A stretch of 63,688 nt of DNA, counting the filler, from Pseudomonadota bacterium (lineage in GTDB: Bacteria; Bdellovibrionota_F; JAHFAK01; JBDREC01), in the NCBI GenBank assembly GCA_043820105.1. It is 6 parts of 6 records of this genome, joined end to end, with 100 filler letters (N's around TTAATTAATTAA, not from the genome) between each part and the next. Parts side by side here need not be neighbours in the genome. Positions count along the whole stretch, not along the records: positions 1 to 23,393 come from JBDREC010000084.1; 5 more parts are not named here. One strand, given 5' to 3'. Shown one piece after another: positions 9,593 through 19,969 of the stretch. The translations under genes were made by a program, and so were the position numbers. The notes beneath the pieces are model-generated. The model was not told the DNA's origin and did no database searches. It worked only from the letters and a program-made list of their open reading frames with translations. The number at the start of each line of letters is the position of its first letter. Positions within the stretch are counted from its first letter, which is position 1.

Positions 9593-9735
9593 TAATTAGT
9601 TTCCATCCCGAAATAGCGATTTCCCCGATTGTCATCCTGAATTTATTTCAAGTTCCCTTTGGTATAACTGCATCTGGGGGATGCTGAAACAAGTTCAGCA
9701 TGACGAAAAGTGAATTTTGAGATGAGAACTAATTA
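9593..9735. repeat. REP-like palindromic element (GTCATCCTGAA...TTCAGCATGAC type)
   Basis: Inner GTCATCCTGAATTTATTTCA / TGAAACAAGTTCAGCATGAC and outer TAATTAGTT.CATC / GATG.AACTAATTA; a related half-site lies at 43161-43184. Confidence 0.8.
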
Positions 9736-9758
9736 ATTTTAATCAGCAAGGAAACTGT

Positions 9759-10151
9759 TTATCCGATGAACTCTTCCATGATTGTAGTCTCAGTGATAAG
9801 ACCAACGAGTTTGCCTTTTTCAACAACAGGAAGACCTGAGATTTTATGAGAACTCATTATTTCCGCAGCTTCTTTAAATGTTGTATTTGGAGAGATTGTT
9901 TTCACATCAGTGGTCATAACCTCTTTTACTTTAATCTTTTTTAAAAGCTCAATTTTACTGAAACTCTCATCCAGGCTTAGCATAAGGTATTTTAGAATAT
10001 CCTTGTTAGCAATTATTCCCACCAGAACATCTTTATCAACAACTGGCAATAACTTCAAATCACCTTTTGAAAGAAAATCAAAGGCTACAGAAATAGATTT
10101 TTTAGGAGTTATTGTTGTGATTTTTTTTATCATCCTGTCTTTAACTTTCAT
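9759..10151 (-). CDS. CBS domain pair protein (AcuB-like)
   Basis: Two CBS repeats (LPVVD..LVGII; ISGLPVVEKGKLVGLITE); start placed at MKVKDRM behind a GGGGA RBS. Confidence 0.88.
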   Translation of the reverse strand: MKVKDRMIKKITTITPKKSISVAFDFLSKGDLKLLPVVDKDVLVGIIANKDILKYLMLSLDESFSKIELLKKIKVKEVMTTDVKTISPNTTFKEAAEIMSSHKISGLPVVEKGKLVGLITETTIMEEFIG

Positions 10152-10227
10152 GGTATTTCCCCATTTTATTTTTTCTTTAATAATTTCTACCTTGCTCAAT
10201 TGATACAATCAAGAGAAAAAACAATAA

Positions 10228-10803
10228 TTAATTGCGTTTTGATCTTTTTATTTTTTTATTTTGTTTTATTGCTTTACTCTTTTTAGGCTTGGCTTTATTT
10301 GCTTTGTTGTCAATTTGGTCTTTCATCTTTTGTCTAAATTTAATTCTTTCTTTTAATGGAAGGTTTTGCATTTTTCTATAGTTCTGAATAATATTTTGCT
10401 TTTGCTCAGGAGTCATATTTTTAAAAACTTCCAGATTTCCTTTAATTCTTTCTTTTTCTTTAGGTGAAAGATTTTGCCAAATCTCGTTTCTTTTAATTAA
10501 AATCTTTTTTGTATTTAAGGGCAAAGATGCGAAATGTTGATAATTATCCCTGAACATTCTCTGCTTATATGCTGGCAAATTATTAAACTTATTTAAATTA
10601 GCTTTTAATAAATTTTTTTCAGCTGTTGTAAGCTTTGCAAAAACTTTATACTTTTCTTTTAATTCATTTTTTGCTTCAGCACTTAAATTATTGTACCTTT
10701 CAACATCTTCACCAAGTCCTTTATTTGTAGCATCTTCCTGTGAAGATAAGTTTGCAAAGGAAAGAAAAATTAAAATTATTATGATTTTTATACCTTTACT
10801 CAT
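10228..10803 (-). CDS. DUF3106-like secreted helical-repeat protein
   Basis: Signal peptide and ~18-aa repeats (F/W..L.P..K); last gene of the ECF sigma cluster. Confidence 0.75.
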   Translation of the reverse strand: MSKGIKIIIILIFLSFANLSSQEDATNKGLGEDVERYNNLSAEAKNELKEKYKVFAKLTTAEKNLLKANLNKFNNLPAYKQRMFRDNYQHFASLPLNTKKILIKRNEIWQNLSPKEKERIKGNLEVFKNMTPEQKQNIIQNYRKMQNLPLKERIKFRQKMKDQIDNKANKAKPKKSKAIKQNKKIKRSKRN

Positions 10804-11032
10804 TAAAATCTCCCAAATTCTCATCGTTTTCTTCTATTAAGTCTAAAAATATTAAATCAAAATTTTCTGCCATTAAATATTCTTTTAACAAATCATAGTT
10901 AAGTAATATATCTAAATTTTGGACAATCAGAAGTTCTTCATTTGTTAAACTTTCTTTGCCATCTTCATCTGCCCATAAATTTGCAAAAAATAAAATTAAA
11001 ATTATATAGCAAGTGGCAAATATCTTCTTCAT
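10796..11032 (-). CDS. Small secreted protein of the ECF cluster
   Basis: Signal peptide followed by an acidic NLDILLNYDLL motif; abuts both neighbouring genes. Confidence 0.7.
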   Translation of the reverse strand: MKKIFATCYIILILFFANLWADEDGKESLTNEELLIVQNLDILLNYDLLKEYLMAENFDLIFLDLIEENDENLGDFNE

Positions 11033-11524
11033 TTATTCAATTTCCTCAGCAAAAGAAGGATCAGCTAAAACTTCTAAATTCGCGAGCAAATCTAAATTAA
11101 GCACTAATTCATAATCTTCAAACATTTCAAGATTAGCTGCTAACTGAAACTCTTGCACATCATGTGTTTCATTTACTTTATATATATTAAATGCAAAAAT
11201 AAAAATCAGAATCATTGCGACTGCAAATGAAGGAATCTTCCATCGGCTAAGAATGGGTTTTAAAATTGAAGCAAAGTCAGGATTTTCATTCGCATCTCCC
11301 ATTTTAGTTTCTTGAAGTTTTTTAAAAAAAGCTGAGTCAAAATAATCAGAAGGTTCTACAATAGGCATTTTAGATAAAAGATCTATTTGCATTTTCTTAA
11401 GATTATATTCATGCAAACAAGCTTCACATAAAGATAAATGGTCTGAAATATCTATCTTCATTTTTTTATCAGTAGCACCATCAATATAGCTTGTAAGGTT
11501 TTGGCTTACATATCTACATTTCAT
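11033..11524 (-). CDS. Zinc-binding anti-sigma factor (zf-HC2) with a TM helix
   Basis: MKC...HLSLCEAC (HxxxCxxC), single TM helix; overlaps the sigma gene. Confidence 0.88.
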   Translation of the reverse strand: MKCRYVSQNLTSYIDGATDKKMKIDISDHLSLCEACLHEYNLKKMQIDLLSKMPIVEPSDYFDSAFFKKLQETKMGDANENPDFASILKPILSRWKIPSFAVAMILIFIFAFNIYKVNETHDVQEFQLAANLEMFEDYELVLNLDLLANLEVLADPSFAEEIE

Positions 11525-12153
11525 ATCTTCTCCTCTTTTAATGAATGTTGCTTAACAACTTCAAAATGTTCATTAACAAGCTTTTTTGATCTATTTAATA
11601 AGGACTTTACAGCCTTTTCACTGCATTTCAAAACTTCTGAGATTTCTGCATATGAAAAACTTTCAAAGCGTCTTAAGATAAAGGCAATCCTTTGCCTTTC
11701 TGGTAATTTCTGCAAAAGCTTTGTGACTTCTTTTAAAAGTTCCTTATATTCAACCTGCAAATCTTGCTTAACAAAGTTTTCATCTTTTATTTGAACGGTA
11801 ACTGACTCAGGGTCATTTGGATGCACCTCCCAAATTTTAAAATGAATTACCTTGTTTTCATATTTTTTTAGCTCATTTATAAAAGTATTAATTGCAATCC
11901 TGTAAATCCATGTTATAAATTTTGCTTTTGGTTTATAAGTTATTTTAGCCTTATAAACCTTTAAAAAAACTTCTTGTGTAAGTTCTTCCGCAATATTTTT
12001 ATTACCTACATATTTGATCGCCAAATTTATCAGTAAATTCTTATATTTATAAAACAATTTCCTAAATGCAAGCTCATCTCCATTTTGAAATTCAAGCATG
12101 AGCTTTGTATCAGGATCTTGAGTATATTTGTTTATTGCCATTATATTTAACAT
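11521..12153 (-). CDS. ECF sigma-70 factor
   Basis: AEELTQEVFLKV, FITWIYRIAIN and region 4 (LPERQRIAFILRRFESFSYAEISEVL) motifs. Confidence 0.93.
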   Translation of the reverse strand: MLNIMAINKYTQDPDTKLMLEFQNGDELAFRKLFYKYKNLLINLAIKYVGNKNIAEELTQEVFLKVYKAKITYKPKAKFITWIYRIAINTFINELKKYENKVIHFKIWEVHPNDPESVTVQIKDENFVKQDLQVEYKELLKEVTKLLQKLPERQRIAFILRRFESFSYAEISEVLKCSEKAVKSLLNRSKKLVNEHFEVVKQHSLKEEKI

Positions 12154-12215
12154 AAATAATTTTAATTAGTTCCGAAATTTATAAATAAAATCAAAGATAT
12201 TTCAATCTATTTCTT

Positions 12216-13013
12216 TTAAACGACATATTTTACCAATACACCATTACCAGCAATATTATCATTAACAACTTCAGCATTTACATTAAAAATATCTTTAATT
12301 GAATTTTTATTAATTATATTTCTTGGTGATCCAATGTTATTAATTGAACCATTTTTAAGTAAAATGATTCTTGTGGACAAAAGACTTGCCAAGTTAATAT
12401 CATGCATAATCGTAATCACAGTGCATTTTTTATTTAAAGCAAGATCCTTTAAAATTCTTATCATGTCAACTTGATGTTTCAAGTCCAAATTATTTGCAGG
12501 TTCATCTAAAAAAAGAATTTCCGGATCTTTCACTAGTGCTTGAGCAATACATACTCTTTGAAGCTCACCACCTGAAAGTTCAGTAAGCGGTTTGTGAGAA
12601 AGGTCTTTTAATTCAAACAGCTCAAGAATTCTTTCAACTTTATTATAGTCTTTATTGTCAGGCAACATATATGATTTTAAGAAAGGATATCTGCCTAATA
12701 AAACGAATTCTTTAATAGATATTGGAAAAATATTAGGCCTGCTTTGCGAAACATATGCAATTTTTTTTGAATAGGATTCGATAGATATCTTTTTTAAGTT
12801 CTCCCCATTAACTTCTATTGATCCTTTATAATTTATTAAAAATTTATTTAATATTTTAAATAAAGTGGTTTTGCCTGAACCATTTGGACCAATAATTGAA
12901 ATAATTTCAGCTTTATTGACATTAAAAGAAAGCTTGCATAAAACTTCTTTGCTATGTTTATAGCAAAAAGATAAATCCTTAATTTTTATTATTTCATTAT
13001 TATTATTTTCCAA
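12216..13013 (-). CDS. Cobalamin/Fe-siderophore ABC transporter ATPase
   Basis: GPNGSGKT, LSGGELQR, LDEP and HDINLA motifs. Confidence 0.92.
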   Translation of the reverse strand: MENNNNEIIKIKDLSFCYKHSKEVLCKLSFNVNKAEIISIIGPNGSGKTTLFKILNKFLINYKGSIEVNGENLKKISIESYSKKIAYVSQSRPNIFPISIKEFVLLGRYPFLKSYMLPDNKDYNKVERILELFELKDLSHKPLTELSGGELQRVCIAQALVKDPEILFLDEPANNLDLKHQVDMIRILKDLALNKKCTVITIMHDINLASLLSTRIILLKNGSINNIGSPRNIINKNSIKDIFNVNAEVVNDNIAGNGVLVKYVV

Positions 13014-14019
13014 TTCTCGACCATTTCAAAAGAATGAATAAAAATATTGGCGCCCCAAAAAAAGCAGTAACCACACCAATTGGAAGTTGAGTTGGAGCAA
13101 GTACTGTTCTTGCAATAGTATCAGATATCAATAAAAACAAGCTTCCAATTAAAAAAGAAGTTGGTAGTATATAAAAATGATTATATCCAAATAAAAATCG
13201 AGCTGCATGTGGGATTATCAAACCAACAAATCCAATTGGACCACAAAATGCAACAGATAAGGCAATCAAGCCAGTAGTTAGTAAAAGCAATAATAGTTTT
13301 AACTTAAAAGGGTTAACTCCCATGGAAATTGCAGTTTCATCTCCAAGGTGAATGATATTTAATTTTTTGGCTAAAAACAAAATTAATATATTCAAGATAA
13401 TAAAAGGGATTAATAGCATTAAGCTTTCATTTAAGGTAACATTACCAAGGCTTCCTAACATCCAAAAAAATACTTTTTGGAGTTCTTGAGAATTTGAAAA
13501 GGTTAAAAGGAAAATGATTATGCTGTTAAAAAAGGAGCCTACGATTACTCCTGATAGTATCATATTTTTATCACTTAGATAATTCCTATTATATGAGCAC
13601 AAAAAAACTATGCAAACAGAAACAAAAACACCTAAAAAGGCAAATAATGGAACAAGATAAAATTGAGGAAAGTATATGCTGGCAATAGCACTACCAAGAG
13701 CTGCTCCACTTGATAAACCTAAAATATAAGGTTCAGCTAAGGGATTTTTCAATATTGTTTGATAGACAGAACCAGTTAAAGCACAAGATCCACCAACTAA
13801 AATGGCCATTAAAATCCTTGGAAGCCTTATTTTATATAAAATAAGATATTCTGTATTTACACTTCCGAAGTTAAAAAGTTTATTAAAATTAATATTTATT
13901 TCACCAGTAAAAAGGGTGAATAAACTTAAACAAGCGAGCATAATTATACCTGCAATTATAATTATGAAAAACTTAAGATATGCATTTTTGCTAGAAATAT
14001 TAAACATTTTTTCAGCCAA
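13003..14019 (-). CDS. FecCD/BtuC-family ABC permease
   Basis: IRLPRI, KNPLAEPYILG, GPIGFVGLIIPH and LPIGVVTA motifs. Confidence 0.92.
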   Translation of the reverse strand: MAEKMFNISSKNAYLKFFIIIIAGIIMLACLSLFTLFTGEININFNKLFNFGSVNTEYLILYKIRLPRILMAILVGGSCALTGSVYQTILKNPLAEPYILGLSSGAALGSAIASIYFPQFYLVPLFAFLGVFVSVCIVFLCSYNRNYLSDKNMILSGVIVGSFFNSIIIFLLTFSNSQELQKVFFWMLGSLGNVTLNESLMLLIPFIILNILILFLAKKLNIIHLGDETAISMGVNPFKLKLLLLLLTTGLIALSVAFCGPIGFVGLIIPHAARFLFGYNHFYILPTSFLIGSLFLLISDTIARTVLAPTQLPIGVVTAFFGAPIFLFILLKWSRIGK

Positions 14020-14020
14020 A

Positions 14021-14908
14021 TTACAGTTTGTTAAGCTGTAAATTTCTAATCTGTTTATTAATAATTTTCAAGCCCTGAATAATTCGAGGGCAAGGCCTAT
14101 AAATAAGATCAGGATCAATATTAGAAAGCATTAAGACCTCTTTTTTAAGAACTGAATTTAATTTTTCTATAAATCTTTTTATTGCAGCATCTTCATTGCC
14201 CATAGTTGGATAAATTATTAGGTCTGGTTCAAATTTAACAACAGCCTCAAAGGATAATTTTGGGTACCTGTTATTAAGTTTATTACAAACATTTTCCCCT
14301 CCAGCTAATGTAATTATCTCATCAAGGAAAGTTTTTGGACCAACAGAAATGATGGGATCAACTGAAGTGAGAAATAAAACACTGGGTTTTTGCCTTCCAA
14401 GCATTGCTGCTTTAAATATTAAGGATTCACTTTGCATAGTATCAGATAAAAGCTTGCCTTTTTCACTACAAGCTAAAGCATTTGCAATCATTTTAATGCT
14501 AAGTGAAATATCTGAAAAGCTGCTTGTATTAATTACAAATATTTTAATATTATTTTCAGATAGCTTTGAGGCCAAAGACTTGCTATTTCCATCAACTGTC
14601 AAAAAAACAAGATCAGGCTTTAAAGAAACTATTTTTTCAAGGCTCGGATTAGAAAAACCACCAATTTTATCAATTTTTTTAGTAGCTTCTGGAAAATTAC
14701 AGAAATCTGTAATGCCAACGAGTTTTGAACCAAGACCAAGCTCGAAAATTATTTCTGTAATATTAGGGGCCATTGAAATCAAACGATTGGGTGGATTTTG
14801 AAATTCAACTTCTTGCGAAAACGCATCCATAACCTTATAAGCATAGGCATTTATACTAATCAATAATAATATTAATAAAGTATATTTAATTATTCTATTA
14901 ATTAGCAT
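14021..14908 (-). CDS. Cobalamin-binding periplasmic protein (BtuF-like)
   Basis: RLISMAPNITEIIFELG, CNFP, EKIVSLKPDLV and RPCPRI motifs. Confidence 0.85.
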   Translation of the reverse strand: MLINRIIKYTLLILLLISINAYAYKVMDAFSQEVEFQNPPNRLISMAPNITEIIFELGLGSKLVGITDFCNFPEATKKIDKIGGFSNPSLEKIVSLKPDLVFLTVDGNSKSLASKLSENNIKIFVINTSSFSDISLSIKMIANALACSEKGKLLSDTMQSESLIFKAAMLGRQKPSVLFLTSVDPIISVGPKTFLDEIITLAGGENVCNKLNNRYPKLSFEAVVKFEPDLIIYPTMGNEDAAIKRFIEKLNSVLKKEVLMLSNIDPDLIYRPCPRIIQGLKIINKQIRNLQLNKL

Positions 14909-15073
14909 AATATTAGATACCTATGTACTATTTGAAAAATGTGTAATAGAATGTAAAATTGAATAAGGCAACAATATAATTACAATTTATTATTTCTATT
15001 GTTTTTTACATGCTAATTTACTATAATTTATGCGCTATTTTGGATAACAGTTTCAAGGAAAGGGAATTAATAA

Positions 15074-17617
15074 ATGCTTAAAAAAACTCTTCCAAATGGT
15101 CTCAGATTAATCTCTAAAGAAATGAAAAACTCTCCTGTTACTTCAATACAAATTTGGGTTGAAACAGGTGCTCTTTATGAAAACGCAAAAACCAGTGGAA
15201 TAAGTCACTTTATTGAACATATGTTTTTCAAAGGCACAAAAAAAAATGCTCCTGGTGCTATGGCCCAATATATAGAAACTCTAGGTGGAAATATAAATGC
15301 TTTTACTTCATATGACTATACAGTTTATACCTTATCTATCCCATCAAGACACACTGAAAAGGGTTATCAAATTCTCGCTGATGCTTTTTTAAACTCCACA
15401 TTTGCCACAAACGAACTTGAAAAAGAAAAGAAAGTGGTAATTGAAGAAATATCAATGGGTAATGATGAACCTGATAGCATCGTAAAAAAAGAACTTTTCA
15501 AACAGGCTTTTGCAACTCATCCTTATGCAAGACAAATTATAGGTACAAAAGAAAACATTATTAGTTTTAAAAGAAAAGATTTAATAAATTATATTGCTAA
15601 CAACTATGTGCCATCTAACTGTATTATAGTTACAGTTGGGAATCTTCCACATGAAGATGCTGAAAAGCTAGCTAAAAAATATTTTTCAAAATTAGAAGCT
15701 AAACCATCTAAAAACAAACTTTATTACTTAGATAAACAAACAAAAACAAAAAAGATATCTTGCCTTACAAGAAATATAAATGAAGCCATTTTTACAATCG
15801 GTTTTCAGATACCTGGGATTTTACATGAAGATCTTTTTGCTCTTGATGTGCTGGCTCTTATTTTAGGTCAGGGAAATACATCCAGGTTATATAAAAAATT
15901 AAAAACTGAAGATGGCCTGGTTAACAACATCGCAGCTCATTCATTAACCTTAAAAGAAAATGGACTTTTCCTTATTGATGCAAAACTTGTATCAAAAGAT
16001 CTAAAAAAGGTCATTGCAGAAGTCTTTAAAATCTGTCAGGAGTTAAAGGAAAAGCCTTTAGGAAGTGATGAGATCCAAAGGTCCTTAATTGTTACTGAAA
16101 GAAATATTATTTTCCAATCAGAAACAGCTCAAGGTATTGCCAGGCAAATAGGTTCATTTGAGGCTTTGCTAAAAAATCCTGAATTCAATAATGTATATAT
16201 TGAAAAGTTAAGACAAATTACGAGTGATGATATTTATAAAGTAGCTAATAAATATTTGAATTATGAAAATATGAATATAGCGCTTATTGCAAAAAAGGAT
16301 AAATTTTATCCAACAGAAAGTTTCATTAAATCAAAAGCCCAAATACTAGCAAAGAAACAACAAATTTCACTTAATACTGGAAATGGACAACTTATTAGAA
16401 CAAGTTCTCCAAATGGCATAAGATATATTTTTAATTACAACCCAAGTCATCCAATTGTTTCATGCAAAAGCTTCTTTACTGGTGGATTAAGATATGAAGA
16501 TGAGAACAATAATGGAATTTCACACCTCATGAGCGCTCTGATGCTTAAGGGAACTAAAAAAAGAAGTGTAAATGATTTAGCAGAAGAAATAGTTGCTGCC
16601 GGAGCTTTTTTAAAATCTGAAGCAGGAAGAAATTCAACAAGTGTTGGCATAGATATTTTATCCAGAAATTTTGAAAAGGGTATTGAAATCCTTTCTGATG
16701 TTATCAGAAACTCAATATTTCCTGAAAAAGAACTAATAAATGAGGCAAAGCAAGCCCTTTATGCAATTCGCTCAATAGATGACCACCCTACACAAGCTGC
16801 TTTTAAGTTTTTCTTAAGAAAAATGTATGGAAATCACCCCTATTCCATGGACATTTTGGGAAGTGAAAATTCTTTGCCTATGCTTAATCAAAATGCAATA
16901 AAGGACTACCATAAATCTTTAATTACGCCTGATAATATGGTGCTTGCAATATCTGGTGATATCCATCCTGATAAGGCTTTTGAAATTTGTCAAAAGTACT
17001 TTTCTGGATGGAAACTGATAAAAACCTTACACCCAACCCTTAGGGAAATTCCTAAAAAATCGAATGCTGAAGTGTATGAAAAAATATTAGATAAAGAACA
17101 AGCTCACGTTATTCTTGGTTTTGATGGTGTTTCTTTTAATGATAAAAGAAGATTTTCACTTGATATCTTAAACTCAATCCTAACTGGTCAGGGAGGACGT
17201 CTTTTTCAAAGGCTTAGAGATGAGTTAAGTCTAGCATACTCAGTTGGCTCAATGAATGTTGAAGGAATTGAACCGGGATATTTGGCCATTTACATAGCTT
17301 GTGCTCCAGAAAACATAGACTTATCTATTAAGGAAATTAAGAACATCTTGAATTCAATAGCCACAAAAGGTGTAAGTGATAAAGAAATCGAAAGAGCCAA
17401 AATGTATATTATTGGAAACTATGAAAATGAATTACAACTAAATTCTGTGAAAGCTATTCACTTAGGCTTCAATGAATTATATAATATGGGATATAAAAAC
17501 TTAAATGATTATTCAGAAAGAATACTAAACCTTTCAAATGCAAATATAAGATCAACTATTGGAAACTTTTTAAAGGGTGATTATATAATTTCAATTTTGA
17601 AGCCACTGGTTAAATAA
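15074..17617 (+). CDS. M16 family zinc protease (pitrilysin/PqqL-like)
   Basis: HFIEH (HxxEH) and NAFTS motifs; the second half is an inactive repeat with RLFQRLRDELSLAY. Confidence 0.92.
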   Translation: MLKKTLPNGLRLISKEMKNSPVTSIQIWVETGALYENAKTSGISHFIEHMFFKGTKKNAPGAMAQYIETLGGNINAFTSYDYTVYTLSIPSRHTEKGYQILADAFLNSTFATNELEKEKKVVIEEISMGNDEPDSIVKKELFKQAFATHPYARQIIGTKENIISFKRKDLINYIANNYVPSNCIIVTVGNLPHEDAEKLAKKYFSKLEAKPSKNKLYYLDKQTKTKKISCLTRNINEAIFTIGFQIPGILHEDLFALDVLALILGQGNTSRLYKKLKTEDGLVNNIAAHSLTLKENGLFLIDAKLVSKDLKKVIAEVFKICQELKEKPLGSDEIQRSLIVTERNIIFQSETAQGIARQIGSFEALLKNPEFNNVYIEKLRQITSDDIYKVANKYLNYENMNIALIAKKDKFYPTESFIKSKAQILAKKQQISLNTGNGQLIRTSSPNGIRYIFNYNPSHPIVSCKSFFTGGLRYEDENNNGISHLMSALMLKGTKKRSVNDLAEEIVAAGAFLKSEAGRNSTSVGIDILSRNFEKGIEILSDVIRNSIFPEKELINEAKQALYAIRSIDDHPTQAAFKFFLRKMYGNHPYSMDILGSENSLPMLNQNAIKDYHKSLITPDNMVLAISGDIHPDKAFEICQKYFSGWKLIKTLHPTLREIPKKSNAEVYEKILDKEQAHVILGFDGVSFNDKRRFSLDILNSILTGQGGRLFQRLRDELSLAYSVGSMNVEGIEPGYLAIYIACAPENIDLSIKEIKNILNSIATKGVSDKEIERAKMYIIGNYENELQLNSVKAIHLGFNELYNMGYKNLNDYSERILNLSNANIRSTIGNFLKGDYIISILKPLVK

Positions 17618-17666
17618 ATTTTGGATTTTGAATTTTGAATTTAAGACATTCTGAATTCTGCTTAAG

Positions 17667-19745
17667 CTAATTCATCAACTCATTTACAAAGGTTTCGTAT
17701 TGCGCTCGCTTATTTGTATCAGTTTCCAAATCAATGTATTTTCTTAAAGAATAAACAGCTTGATCAACTTCCCCTATTTCTGCGTAAATTACACCCATTT
17801 CTTGAAGAGCTTCTTTATTATTACCATCCATATCTTTTACTCTATTATAAAAAGATAATGCATTTGCATAATCATAAAGCTTACCATAGGATCTTCCAAC
17901 CTTAAGATAGATCAACTTTTCAGATGGTTTTTCTTCCATTGCTTTTAAATATTTTTTAATAGCATCTTTATATTTAGCTTTCTTATAAAACTCATCACCT
18001 TGAGCAATGTAAGTTTGTGCAGTTATTTTCTCTGTCTTAATTATATTACTTTTTACTGGTTCTATCTTAGAATCTTTTGAAACAAGGGCTGAGTTTTGAC
18101 CTTCAACAGATTCAATATATTTTTCAACAATCGTTGCAGCAGGATCATTAGGAGCTAGAACTATAAATTTCTTATAATTTGTAATTGCTTCTTCAGTATT
18201 TCCCTGTTCCTTAAGAATGTCTCCTTTTTCCTTAAAAATATTAGCAGTATCTACAACATAATCATCAAAACGAGAAAGTTCATTTAAAGCTCCTTCATCA
18301 TTCTTTGTTGATCTTTCAAGTTTTCCAAGTTTTAAAATTAAATCAGGAGTTCTGAATAAATTAGATCTTACTTTGGAAAGCTCAAAAAATGCTTTATCCA
18401 AATCACCACTATTAAATGCTGAGTTTCCCCTGGTTAAATGAACAACATCAGCGATCATTGTAAGGGCACCTGCATTTTCTAAATTTTTTGTTACTTTATT
18501 CATTACATTTACGCCAATCATAAGTAATATAACCATCATAAGAATAACTCGTCTTGGATTTAAAAATTTTCTTTTAGAAGCAATATTTCCAATAATTGTT
18601 CTTTCAGGAGAATCTTCATCTTCTTGTTCAAAATCAGACAACTTACCAACGATAGTGGCAGCATTAGCAGGGTTAAATCCCTGAGCTTGCGGTGCGTGTT
18701 GATTATTCTGCATATATTTAGCACGGATCCTAGGATCTGAAGGCTGAGTACAAACTTTAGATATTTGTGTTGCCTTGTTTGTTTGTGTAAACTGAGAAAT
18801 AATTTGAGTTACAAACTTTGCAAGATCCATTGCAACAATGGACTTATAGTTTTCAGGATTAACAAATTCAATTAGATCAAGCTGAAATTCTCTTGCTGAC
18901 TGATATCTTTTATTAGGATCCCTATCTATCGCCTTCATTATTATTTTCTCAAGCTCTTTTGGAAGTGCAGGATCAATTTTTCTTGGAGATTTGGCCTTAA
19001 ACTTCCTGAAATCATCTCTAAATGAAGAAGTTAAATCCAGATTCATCATTTTTTGACCAGTTATTATTTCATATAACATAACTCCAACTGAATACAAATC
19101 AACTCTTTCATCAATATTTTTTCCAAAAACCTGTTCTGGAGCTATATATCCAAGTTTTCCTTTTAACATTCCAGTTTTTGTAAAACCAGATTTGCTTGTT
19201 TCTTTTGCTATTCCAAAATCAATAATTTTAATATGACCATCAAGTGAAACAATTACATTATCAGGAGTAACATCTCTGTGAATTATTCTTGATTCTTCTT
19301 TATCATCAGCAACTACATTATGCAGATAATCAAGACCCTTTAGAACCTTAACAACAATATGTATTGCAAGTGGAACTGGAAAACGGATTTTCAAATCTTC
19401 AGCTTTGTCTAAAATCACTCTCATGTTTTTGCCAGCAATATATTCAAGGGCTATAAAATAAGTATTATCAACTTTTCCAAAATCCAGAATCTTAATGATA
19501 TTTTCATGATTAAGCTGTGTCAAAATCTTTGCTTCTTCCAAAAACATTCTTTTGAAATTATGGTCTTCTGCCTGATCAGGCAAAATCTTTTTAATAATTA
19601 TCTTATTCATTGTCCTTTTGCAAACAGCTGTATAGATCTCAGCCATACCGCCAACGGCAATAAGATTTGATAATTCATATTTTTGAGAGAATTCTGATGC
19701 TGTATTCGTTTCATGCTCATATAAAAGTATTTCCTGATGTGGCAT
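17667..19745 (-). CDS. Ser/Thr protein kinase with TM helix and extracytoplasmic TPR repeats
   Basis: GGMAEIY, HRDVTPDN, DFGIAK and GYIAPEQ motifs; TM helix near aa 400; C-terminal TPRs. Confidence 0.92.
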   Translation of the reverse strand: MPHQEILLYEHETNTASEFSQKYELSNLIAVGGMAEIYTAVCKRTMNKIIIKKILPDQAEDHNFKRMFLEEAKILTQLNHENIIKILDFGKVDNTYFIALEYIAGKNMRVILDKAEDLKIRFPVPLAIHIVVKVLKGLDYLHNVVADDKEESRIIHRDVTPDNVIVSLDGHIKIIDFGIAKETSKSGFTKTGMLKGKLGYIAPEQVFGKNIDERVDLYSVGVMLYEIITGQKMMNLDLTSSFRDDFRKFKAKSPRKIDPALPKELEKIIMKAIDRDPNKRYQSAREFQLDLIEFVNPENYKSIVAMDLAKFVTQIISQFTQTNKATQISKVCTQPSDPRIRAKYMQNNQHAPQAQGFNPANAATIVGKLSDFEQEDEDSPERTIIGNIASKRKFLNPRRVILMMVILLMIGVNVMNKVTKNLENAGALTMIADVVHLTRGNSAFNSGDLDKAFFELSKVRSNLFRTPDLILKLGKLERSTKNDEGALNELSRFDDYVVDTANIFKEKGDILKEQGNTEEAITNYKKFIVLAPNDPAATIVEKYIESVEGQNSALVSKDSKIEPVKSNIIKTEKITAQTYIAQGDEFYKKAKYKDAIKKYLKAMEEKPSEKLIYLKVGRSYGKLYDYANALSFYNRVKDMDGNNKEALQEMGVIYAEIGEVDQAVYSLRKYIDLETDTNKRAQYETFVNELMN

Positions 19746-19832
19746 ATTCCTCTTCCTTGTTTTTTGTTATTTAAAAAAAATTAAACAAATTATGCTCAAT
19801 TCTATGCTTTTTCTTCCTCTGCTGAATATATT

Positions 19833-19850
19833 TAGCAATTTCTGTACCAA
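19833..19850 (-). promoter_or_regulatory. Sigma54 -24/-12 promoter of the kinase gene
   Basis: Minus strand TTGGTACAGAAATTGCTA (GG-N10-GC), about 90 bp upstream of the start. Confidence 0.65.
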
Positions 19851-19969
19851 AATGAGAATCCATGAATTTACTTTGATTTTAAGAACTTATATTTTTAAGA
19901 GGATTTAGAGTAGTGTAATTTTTTTCCAAAATAAGCTTTGGAAGATTTTTTTTGCTGTAATTTGGCCAC

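Noticed and set aside
14909-15073. Cobalamin riboswitch upstream of the btuF-like gene
   Set aside because: The region is short and extremely AT-rich, with no B12-box or GGGAA core motif visible.
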